From Candidatus Uhrbacteria bacterium (lineage in GTDB: Bacteria; Patescibacteriota; Patescibacteriia; JACPHY01): 64,000 bases of DNA. Positions 57,014-64,000 of the stretch are shown here, piece by piece. Position numbers and translations under genes: made by a program. The notes beneath the pieces are model-generated. The model was not told the origin of the DNA, searched no databases, and saw only the letters and a program-made list of their open reading frames with translations. Numbering within the stretch: position 1 is the first letter of the stretch; every line of letters starts with the position of its first letter. Location of the stretch: assembly GCA_016188355.1 (NCBI GenBank), contig JACPHY010000001.1, forward strand, positions 111,505-175,504, in the 5' to 3' direction.

Positions 57014-59230
57014 ATGCAGGGATCGCGTGCATTGCGCGATGCGCGTGCAGTGCTCAAGGAGGTGTTTGGATACGCCAAGTTTCGTCCATATCAGGGCGAA
57101 GCCGTTGCTCGCGTGTGCGAGGGGAAGTCGGTGCTCGTGGTGCTCCCGACCGGGGGTGGAAAATCGCTCGTGTACCAGGTACCGGCACTCGTACGGGAGG
57201 GGTGCGCACTCGTGTTTTCTCCGCTCATTTCCCTCATGCGTGATCAGGTGGATCAGCTGCGCGCGGCTGGCGTTCGTGCGGCGTACTACAATTCCACGCT
57301 GACGAGTGCGGAACGAGCAGCGGTGTATGCGCAGGCACTTCGGGGGGAGCTCGATCTCCTCTACATTGCACCGGAGGGATTTTTTACGGATCAATTTCAG
57401 GAAGTGTTGGGGCAGCTCCGCATCGCGCTCGTTGCCGTGGATGAAGCGCATTGCATTTCGGAATGGGGGCATGAGTTCCGTCCGGAGTATCGTCAGCTCC
57501 GTTCGCTCCGTGCGCGCTTCCCGGACGTGCCGATCGTTGCGTGTACTGCAACGGCAACGGCGCCCGTGCGTGCGGATATCGTGCAGCAGTTGGGCGTTCC
57601 CGACATGGAGGTGTTCGTGGGGAGCTTTGAGCGGGAAAATCTCACGCTCCAGATTGTGACGAAGCAAGACGTGGTGGCGCAGGTCGCCGAAATGCTCACC
57701 TGTCACCGTGACGAATCCGCGATTGTGTATGCGGCAACGCGGAAGGCAGTGGAACATCTTGCCGAAGCACTGCAGGAAAAAGGGTTTTCGGCATTGCCGT
57801 ATCACGCCGGCATGGATGCGGTCACCCGCGACGCGCACCAGCGTGCGTTCGCGAACGATGAGGTGCTCTGCATGGTGGCGACGGTTGCGTTCGGTATGGG
57901 GATTGATAAGTCCAATGTGCGCACCGTGATCCATGCGAATTTGCCGAAATCAATCGAAGGGTACTACCAAGAGGTGGGACGCGCGGGGCGTGATGGACTG
58001 CCGTCGACTTGTATTGCATTTGTGTCCAATGGCGACATTGCGACGCAGCAGTATCTCATTGACCAGGCAGAGAGCGTAGATGAGCGCGCGCGGGCGCAGC
58101 AGCAGCTCGCACATGTAGTCCGGTTCGTGCGGAATCTCGAATGTCGTCACGCGGCGATTTTACGGTACTTCGGGGAGGAGCGGGGTGATTGGACGTGTGG
58201 CAATCGATGCGATGCGTGTTGCACGGACCAGATTACGGAACGCGACATGACGGAGGAGGTGCAGAAGGTGTTGTCTGCGGTTGCACGGATCGAGCGCACG
58301 GGATTTCCGGTGGGTGTGGGCAAGCTCACGCAGGTGCTCGCGGGTTCCGCCGCGCAGGAGGTGGAGCGATTTCAGCATCTCTCCACGTTTGGTGTGCTCC
58401 AGGGGAAAACGAAGTCTGCCATTCGCGAGATGATCGGCGTGAGTATTGATCGCGGTTTCCTGCAGCAGGAGACCGGAACGTACCCCGTCCTTCGCCTCGG
58501 CGCAGGAGCACCGGCGGTACTTCGCGGCGAAACGCGTGTGGTGGTCCGTGTGCGGCACACGCCGGAGGCGGCATCCGGAGCGGAGGCGGCGCAGGACGCG
58601 GCGCTTTTCGACCTCCTGCGCCATTGGCGCGCCGCGGAAGCGAAGCGGAGCAGTGTGCCGCCCTATGTGATTTGCTCGGATGCGGTGCTTCGTGCGCTCG
58701 CGACGTACCTGCCGCTCACCCGAGAGGATCTCCTCCGCATTCCTGGAATTGGTGCCGTGCGTGCGGAGCGATTCGGATCCGCCGTACTCGACGTGCTCCA
58801 ACAGTACGTGCGTGAGCATGGCCTCTCCTCGCGGATGCCGCCCACTGCATCGGTGATGACGAGTTCCAAGACGCGATCGCATGTGTCCCGTAGCGCCGCG
58901 CGTGGCAGCGATACCGTCGCCGCGACCATCGCGCTCCACCAGGAAGGGAAGTCCGTCGCCGAGATTGCATCGCATCGCGCATTGAATCCGCGCACCATCG
59001 TGACCCACCTCGCCGAGGGATTCCGTGATGGCCGTATTGCGAGCGATGATCTGCGTCGGTTCGTTCCCCAAGATCGCGAGCACGTCATTCGCGACGCCTT
59101 CGATCGCGTCGGCTCTTCCGTGGCACTGAATCCCGTGAAGCAGCTCCTCCCGATCGATTATTCGTACGACGATCTCCACTTCGTGCGGGCAGTCATGGAA
59201 CGAGAACGGGATGGGGGCGGTCACCAATGA
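57014..59230 (+). CDS. recQ: RecQ DNA helicase with HRDC and C-terminal HTH
   Basis: PTGGGKSL, DEAHCISEWGHEFRPEY, TATA, QEVGRAGRDG, Zn-binding CR..C..CD.C, HRDC domain. Confidence 0.96.
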   Translation: MQGSRALRDARAVLKEVFGYAKFRPYQGEAVARVCEGKSVLVVLPTGGGKSLVYQVPALVREGCALVFSPLISLMRDQVDQLRAAGVRAAYYNSTLTSAERAAVYAQALRGELDLLYIAPEGFFTDQFQEVLGQLRIALVAVDEAHCISEWGHEFRPEYRQLRSLRARFPDVPIVACTATATAPVRADIVQQLGVPDMEVFVGSFERENLTLQIVTKQDVVAQVAEMLTCHRDESAIVYAATRKAVEHLAEALQEKGFSALPYHAGMDAVTRDAHQRAFANDEVLCMVATVAFGMGIDKSNVRTVIHANLPKSIEGYYQEVGRAGRDGLPSTCIAFVSNGDIATQQYLIDQAESVDERARAQQQLAHVVRFVRNLECRHAAILRYFGEERGDWTCGNRCDACCTDQITERDMTEEVQKVLSAVARIERTGFPVGVGKLTQVLAGSAAQEVERFQHLSTFGVLQGKTKSAIREMIGVSIDRGFLQQETGTYPVLRLGAGAPAVLRGETRVVVRVRHTPEAASGAEAAQDAALFDLLRHWRAAEAKRSSVPPYVICSDAVLRALATYLPLTREDLLRIPGIGAVRAERFGSAVLDVLQQYVREHGLSSRMPPTASVMTSSKTRSHVSRSAARGSDTVAATIALHQEGKSVAEIASHRALNPRTIVTHLAEGFRDGRIASDDLRRFVPQDREHVIRDAFDRVGSSVALNPVKQLLPIDYSYDDLHFVRAVMERERDGGGHQ

Positions 59231-59266
59231 AATCACCGTCCCGCGGTGAGCGGGACGGTGTGAGAT

Positions 59267-59671
59267 CTACGGGCGGCGCTGTGCACGGACCGGCAGCTCC
59301 ATGACGCGCTGTGGCGCAATAAGCCTCCGGACGAACGTGAATGTGTGAGTATCTTCGGAACGTTCTTCCTCGAACGAGGTGCCGATGAGGTGTGCGAATA
59401 GGGTCACCAGCTGTCGGCGCTCGCGACGAGATAGGTGTCCCAGAAATCGCATGACCGGTTCTGGTGTGCCGCACCAGGGAGTGGCACAGGTGAAGGAGAC
59501 GGTTGTGTCGTCGTCCGTATCGAGTCGGAGAATCGTGCACGGATTCCGCGTCCCGCAGGTGCTGTCCGCGACGGCATCAAGATGGAATGTGATGCGCTTG
59601 ACGTTGTAGATGTAACCGATGTCAGGGAGCGGAGAATCTCCTGCGTGCGTGTGTGTGGTTTTTGGTGCCAC
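59267..59671 (-). CDS. Hypothetical protein
   Basis: AAAGGAG SD before the GTG, 134 aa. Confidence 0.55.
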   Translation of the reverse strand: MAPKTTHTHAGDSPLPDIGYIYNVKRITFHLDAVADSTCGTRNPCTILRLDTDDDTTVSFTCATPWCGTPEPVMRFLGHLSRRERRQLVTLFAHLIGTSFEEERSEDTHTFTFVRRLIAPQRVMELPVRAQRRP

Positions 59672-59822
59672 GGGCGCTCCTTTCCCAAATGCGAGACCCA
59701 GTGTCCCGCATGGACTGCGCCCACCCTGTCATGGATGCAGCGGCACGTCAAGGACCATCGCCGGCGGATGTGGTAACGGAAACGAAATGCCGCCCGCGGG
59801 AGCGAGCGGCTTGGACATCTGG

Positions 59823-60149
59823 TTACGAGGAGCGCGATGGCAATGTGGGATCCGCGGCTCCGGTCTCAGGGATTTTTGGTGCGTCCTGATAGAAACCCTT
59901 CCAGACGAGTCTGCGTGGCTCTTGGAAGAACACGCCCTCTGGTTGATTGCTCGGAGCTGCGGTGGACGTGTGCGGGATGCGTTCTGGTCCGGGGTACGAC
60001 CCGAGTTTCGGCATCCATGATCCCAAAATTTCGTCCGCGCGTTCTCGGTCGTTTGCGTACACTGTTGCCGTAATGGCGTAGCGCTCGATGAAGTACCCGT
60101 CGGTGTCCGTGGTGTACTCCACGAGAAATGTGGTGTCCCATCGTCGCAT
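59823..60149 (-). CDS. Hypothetical protein
   Basis: GGAGGA SD before ATG 60149. Confidence 0.5.
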   Translation of the reverse strand: MRRWDTTFLVEYTTDTDGYFIERYAITATVYANDRERADEILGSWMPKLGSYPGPERIPHTSTAAPSNQPEGVFFQEPRRLVWKGFYQDAPKIPETGAADPTLPSRSS

Positions 60150-60191
60150 GGGTGATCCTCCGTATGGGGTGGCAATGGACGAGATACGTGT

Positions 60192-61613
60192 ATGTTGACA
60201 CAGGATATGACGAACGTCCAGCGCATCATCATGCATGTCGACATGGACAGTTTCTTTGCATCCGTCGAGCAACAGGCGAACCCGCGATTGCGGGGAAAGC
60301 CGATCGCCGTGAGCGGTGACCCAAAATCACGGACCGTCGTTGCGGCGGCATCGAAAGAGGCAAAGCGATTCGGGGTGAAATCCGCAATGACCATTGGAGA
60401 GGCGCGACGATTATGCCCGAAGATCCAGTTTGTGCTCGGAGATCCAGATAAATATGTCTCGGTGGCGCAGCGGATCGTTCGTGTGTTTCAGGAGTACACG
60501 CCGGACGTCGAGGTTGCCTCGATTGATGAGGCATTTCTTGAGATGACGGGATGGTCAACGCATTTTGCTTGCGGGGATTGCGTGCGGACGGGAGCGGCAC
60601 GTGGTGATGGGGAGGAGTCGCGTGCGTGGTGTGGTGCGGTTCGGATGATCGCAGAGCTCCGCCGATGCCTGTACCGGGAAGTGGGGGAGTGGATCACCTG
60701 TTCGGTGGGTGTTGCGCAAAATAAGCGTCTTGCGAAATTGGCTTCTGATTTTCGTAAGCCGAACGGACTCGTGCTCGTGTATCCGCATGCGGGAGTAGGA
60801 GCGCATCCGATGCCGGATGTCGTGTGTGCGGTGACACGCGAAACGCTCCTGGCCTCCCTGCAGCTTCGCGATTTGGGTGGCATAGGACCGCGTATTGAGG
60901 AGCGGCTTCGGCGCATGGGCATTGCTACGATCGCGCAACTTGCGGGAACCCCGATTACCGTCCTCCGCGATGCGTTTGGCGTGTATGGCAACGAACTCCA
61001 TGACATGGCCATGGGGCATGATGTCCGTCCGGTGAGCGCGAACGATGCAGATCCGAAGTCGATGGGACATTCGGTGACGTTGCCTCGGGATCTCCGGACG
61101 GTGGAGGAGATACGCCCGGTCGTGGAAGAGCTCGCAGAGCGGGTAACAGCGCGGTTGCGGCGCGATGGATTTCGGGGATCGCTCATTCGATTGACCATGC
61201 GGTATGGCGACTTCACTGACGCGCACGAACAGAGGACGATTTCCGAGGCAACCAACGATGGGCGCCGTGTCGCGCGTGCGGTCATGGATATGCTTGCGGC
61301 AAGACTGATGCGATTGCCGGTGCGTCTCGTGGGGATCAGCGTGGGTCATCTTGTTCGGGTAACCGCAACCCAGGTTTCGTTATTCGCAGAAGATGTGCGC
61401 TGGCAGTCCGCGATCGCCGCTATGGATGCGGCCAATCATCGTCACGGTGCGTGGACCGTCCTCCGCGCGTCACTCCTGGGGCATCCCCGGGTCCTTCGCA
61501 GGGTTGCCGCAGCATTTCAATCGACCGCCCATCTCCGTGATGCAGTGGATGCGGATGGAATTGTAGGTGAGGATCGCGACGATCCCTCTGTAGGGACAGA
61601 TGGACAAAAATAG
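60192..61613 (+). CDS. dinB: DNA polymerase IV (Y family)
   Basis: HVDMDSFFASVE, SKEAKRFGVKSAM, SIDEAF, AKLASD..KPNG, GIG, little-finger domain. Start 60192 or 60207. Confidence 0.95.
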   Translation: MLTQDMTNVQRIIMHVDMDSFFASVEQQANPRLRGKPIAVSGDPKSRTVVAAASKEAKRFGVKSAMTIGEARRLCPKIQFVLGDPDKYVSVAQRIVRVFQEYTPDVEVASIDEAFLEMTGWSTHFACGDCVRTGAARGDGEESRAWCGAVRMIAELRRCLYREVGEWITCSVGVAQNKRLAKLASDFRKPNGLVLVYPHAGVGAHPMPDVVCAVTRETLLASLQLRDLGGIGPRIEERLRRMGIATIAQLAGTPITVLRDAFGVYGNELHDMAMGHDVRPVSANDADPKSMGHSVTLPRDLRTVEEIRPVVEELAERVTARLRRDGFRGSLIRLTMRYGDFTDAHEQRTISEATNDGRRVARAVMDMLAARLMRLPVRLVGISVGHLVRVTATQVSLFAEDVRWQSAIAAMDAANHRHGAWTVLRASLLGHPRVLRRVAAAFQSTAHLRDAVDADGIVGEDRDDPSVGTDGQK

Positions 61614-61673
61614 CATTTTGCGCTATATTGCCATAGCCATGGAAATTTGCATGAAGAAGAGGAGGAGAATCCC

Positions 61674-62006
61674 ATGCGACGTGTCCCCGTGATTGGTGAT
61701 GGCGCGCATCCGGAGGTGCTGCGCGTGCAGGAAGAATTGCGAGAAAGGGGTTTCGAGTGCTACCCATGGGAGCCGACAACACCTCCGCTGCCGCCAGCGA
61801 TCATTGCCTTTCTCACGTCAGCGGAACCGCCGTTGTACTTCTGGAGCGCGTTCGCGCACCGCTCGATGCGCATACTTCCGGCGCAGTTTTCTGGAGGTAC
61901 GCTCCCGGCGATCATGGCGGATATTGCTTCCGCGAATTTCGGCCGTGACTGGCAGCGTGCGCTGGACGCGCTCGTCCGAGCGCTCGAACAGCATTTCCCT
62001 GCATGA
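61674..62006 (+). CDS. Small protein with degenerate TIR-like C-terminus
   Basis: AGGAGGAG SD. ILP.....LPAIMADIASANF..DWQRALDALVRAL resembles the end of TIR_2 domains. Confidence 0.55.
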   Translation: MRRVPVIGDGAHPEVLRVQEELRERGFECYPWEPTTPPLPPAIIAFLTSAEPPLYFWSAFAHRSMRILPAQFSGGTLPAIMADIASANFGRDWQRALDALVRALEQHFPA

Positions 62007-62074
62007 CGACCGAGTCGTCGAGGTCTCCGCGGGCACCCATCCCGCGGAGACTTTTATTGTTATACTGCATCAAT

Positions 62075-62476
62075 ATGCGGCGTGCGCGTTCGGACTTCGA
62101 GTCCTGTGTCGTTGATGCGATTGCGGCAATCCCGGAGCATCTTCGGGTACGTTTTCGCAATGTGGCCATTACCATTGCGGACGCTCCCACCGCAGCGCAG
62201 CGCGCAGCGTTCGACTGTACGTCGGAGGAAACCATGTACGGATGTTACGAAGGGACTCCGTTAACGGAGCGAGACGGAGATGGGGAGCCATTGCTTCCGG
62301 ATCGCATCGTGCTCTTTCGTCGTCCACTCGAAGCAGATTTTGGTGATGATGCGAACCGGCTGCGACGAGAAATTGCACTCACGATACTCCATGAGTTTGC
62401 CCATCATGTTGGCATTACAGATGAGCAATTGGAACGCCTCGAACAGCAATGGGTGGACCGTGGCGTGGTACGCTGA
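62075..62476 (+). CDS. Zincin-like metallopeptidase (DUF1025)
   Basis: G.YEGTPLTER, PDRIVLFRRP, TILHEFAHH.GI. Extended -10 TGTTATACT just upstream. Confidence 0.9.
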   Translation: MRRARSDFESCVVDAIAAIPEHLRVRFRNVAITIADAPTAAQRAAFDCTSEETMYGCYEGTPLTERDGDGEPLLPDRIVLFRRPLEADFGDDANRLRREIALTILHEFAHHVGITDEQLERLEQQWVDRGVVR

Positions 62477-62545
62477 TCGTGTGGACCTCATTGCGGGGCA
62501 ACGAGTTCCGTCGCAGCGCGCGTCGCGGACATCGATGCGTCCCGC

Positions 62546-63718
62546 ATGCGTGGGTGCGTTCCTGCTCCTACCCTGCGTACTCGGGACGGATATCATGACG
62601 TCACCGGTCGTATGCTTGCCGCAGTAGTGATTGCTGCTGCTCTTGCGGTTACCGGAGAGGTTCCGATGCCGGTTCGTATTCCGGGCGGCATCGCATCTCC
62701 GGTGATCGTGGATCATGTCCGCGCGGTGTACCTGACGTCTGGTGCCGCGGGGAGTGATCAATTCCCGCGATATCTTGCATTGCTCAGAACCACCACGATC
62801 AATGCGCTGGTGGTCGATGTGAAAGATGCGAATGGTCGACTCGCGTTTCGTCCCGAATCTCCGTCGTTATCCGCACTGGCGCCCGCGCATCCGACAATCA
62901 GCAATCTTCGGGATCGGGTAGCGGATATCCATGCGAACGGCGGTCTCGCGATCGCGCGGATTCCGGTATTTCAGGATTCGTGGTTTGCGGAACAGACTCC
63001 GACAGAAGCGATTCGGAGCACATCAGGAGCGTTGTGGCGCGATCATATCGGACAGGCATGGCTCGACCCCGCATCGGAACGCGTATGGAACTACGCCATC
63101 GATCTCGCGCGCGAAGCTGCTGCGTTTGGGTTTGATGAGGTAAATTTTGACTACATCCGCTTCCCGTCAGATGGGACATTGGCACGCGCCACGTATCCTC
63201 GATGGAATCGGAAGACTCCTCGTCGTGCGGTGATTGCTGCATTCGCCCGTGCGGTGGATCAGGGCGTTCGTGCGCAGGGGATTCGGACGTCTGCGGACCT
63301 GTTCGGCTTAGTGTTCTGGGCGAAAAATGATTTGGGCATTGGTCAATATCTCGAGGATCTCGCCCCACATTTCGACGTGCTCGCGCCCATGGTATACCCC
63401 TCGCACTATGGGAAAGGATTTTTGGGATTCGCGAATCCTGCAGTGGAGCCGTTTGCAGTCATTTCGGAAACCCTCCAGAAAGGTCGGCAGCGACTCCAGC
63501 GACTTCCCAAGAACGATCAGCCCGCAGTCCGTCCCTGGCTGCAGGATTTTCGGATGGGAGCTCCCTATGATGCGGCGATGATTCGCGAGGAAATGCGCGC
63601 CGCTGCGGATCAGGGATCGGTCGGATGGATGCTGTGGAATCCATTGAGTCGGTACACGGACGGTGCGATTGCATTGCCTTCGGTAGCGGAAACGATATTT
63701 CGCTCCTTTAAAAAATGA
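62546..63718 (+). CDS. Putative glycoside hydrolase (DUF4015-like TIM barrel)
   Basis: VRAVYLT, NALVVDVKD..G, ARI.VFQD, GFDEVNFDYIRFP, PMVYPSHY, RPWLQDF, W.LWN. True start may be ATG 62612. Confidence 0.85.
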   Translation: MRGCVPAPTLRTRDGYHDVTGRMLAAVVIAAALAVTGEVPMPVRIPGGIASPVIVDHVRAVYLTSGAAGSDQFPRYLALLRTTTINALVVDVKDANGRLAFRPESPSLSALAPAHPTISNLRDRVADIHANGGLAIARIPVFQDSWFAEQTPTEAIRSTSGALWRDHIGQAWLDPASERVWNYAIDLAREAAAFGFDEVNFDYIRFPSDGTLARATYPRWNRKTPRRAVIAAFARAVDQGVRAQGIRTSADLFGLVFWAKNDLGIGQYLEDLAPHFDVLAPMVYPSHYGKGFLGFANPAVEPFAVISETLQKGRQRLQRLPKNDQPAVRPWLQDFRMGAPYDAAMIREEMRAAADQGSVGWMLWNPLSRYTDGAIALPSVAETIFRSFKK

Positions 63719-63788
63719 CCACAGGAGACACACAGATTCTCCACTTGTTTTCCGCAATAGGACTACATGTAGCGAAACCAGGGAGCCC

Positions 63789-63817
63789 TTGACGAGGGTT
63801 TGGATGATTTTTATACT
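63789..63817 (+). promoter_or_regulatory. Sigma-70 promoter TTGACG-N17-TATACT
   Basis: Near-consensus -35 and -10 with a 17-nt spacer. Confidence 0.75.
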
Positions 63818-63821
63818 GCGC

Positions 63822-63936
63822 GTGCCACGTCATCCAGCGTAGTCCCTCGGCCATAACGCGTAGCCCAAATACCACTGGTAGTGGCTACTGCAACCCTTAC
63901 TAAAATTAGGGTCCGAGGGCACACATGACGCGGTAC
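63822..63936 (+). ncRNA. Candidate structured ncRNA or riboswitch-like leader
   Basis: Nested stems 63822-33/63925-36 and 63844-50/63913-19, hairpins 63860-88 and 63893-912, between a promoter and a terminator. Confidence 0.55.
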
Positions 63937-63941
63937 TACCC

Positions 63942-63988
63942 CCGCACCTCTCCCCGACAAAGAACGGGGAGTGGGGTGCGGCTTTTTT
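63942..63988 (+). terminator. Intrinsic terminator
   Basis: CCGCACCTCTCCCCG / CGGGGAGTGGGGTGCGG followed by CTTTTTT. Confidence 0.85.
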
Positions 63989-64000
63989 GATTTTTTAGAC

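Noticed and set aside
63834-63842. CCAGCGTAG as part of a TPP riboswitch
   Set aside because: The rest of the TPP aptamer (CTGAGA, CCTGA..GGATAATG) is absent, and the motif is at the 5' end of the transcript.

Overview
About 60% GC bacterial chromosomal segment, mostly + strand genes, standard code 11 (TGA is used as stop). Gene content (CPR-type pilin, C39-like peptidase, dnaG-rpoD, split VKOR/Trx, SD-less housekeeping genes) suggests a Patescibacteria/CPR genome; this is inference. Housekeeping genes: ligA, gatC/gatA, lgt, gpsA, pyrD, dnaG, rpoD, polX, queA, lexA, recQ, dinB, tRNA-Ser(GGA) and tRNA-Asn(GTT). Also present: a copper-resistance cluster, disulfide-formation genes, several peptidoglycan enzymes and many accessory hypotheticals. 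I saw no CRISPR array, integrase, transposase or reverse transcriptase. The strongest novel-looking signal is at 13.3-17.5 kb. An ECF sigma/anti-sigma pair is flanked by two secreted proteins built from one shared repeat (S-x-L-G-E-L-[IL]-[IV]-L-[DE]-x-L-F-G), one of them with a LysM domain. Both genes are preceded by the same TGAAAC-N17-CGTAT ECF-type promoter motif, and a TraB/Tiki-like putative metalloprotease lies next to them. Other highlights: apparent CTG starts for dnaG and queA; an in-frame TGA between a CopZ-like domain and CopA; a RAPP-motif leader upstream of the copper genes; a pyrD-doxX-trx-VKOR operon; a LexA cassette with a direct-repeat operator; and a promoter-to-terminator structured RNA candidate at the window end. 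All family assignments come from motif recognition by eye, not from database searches.
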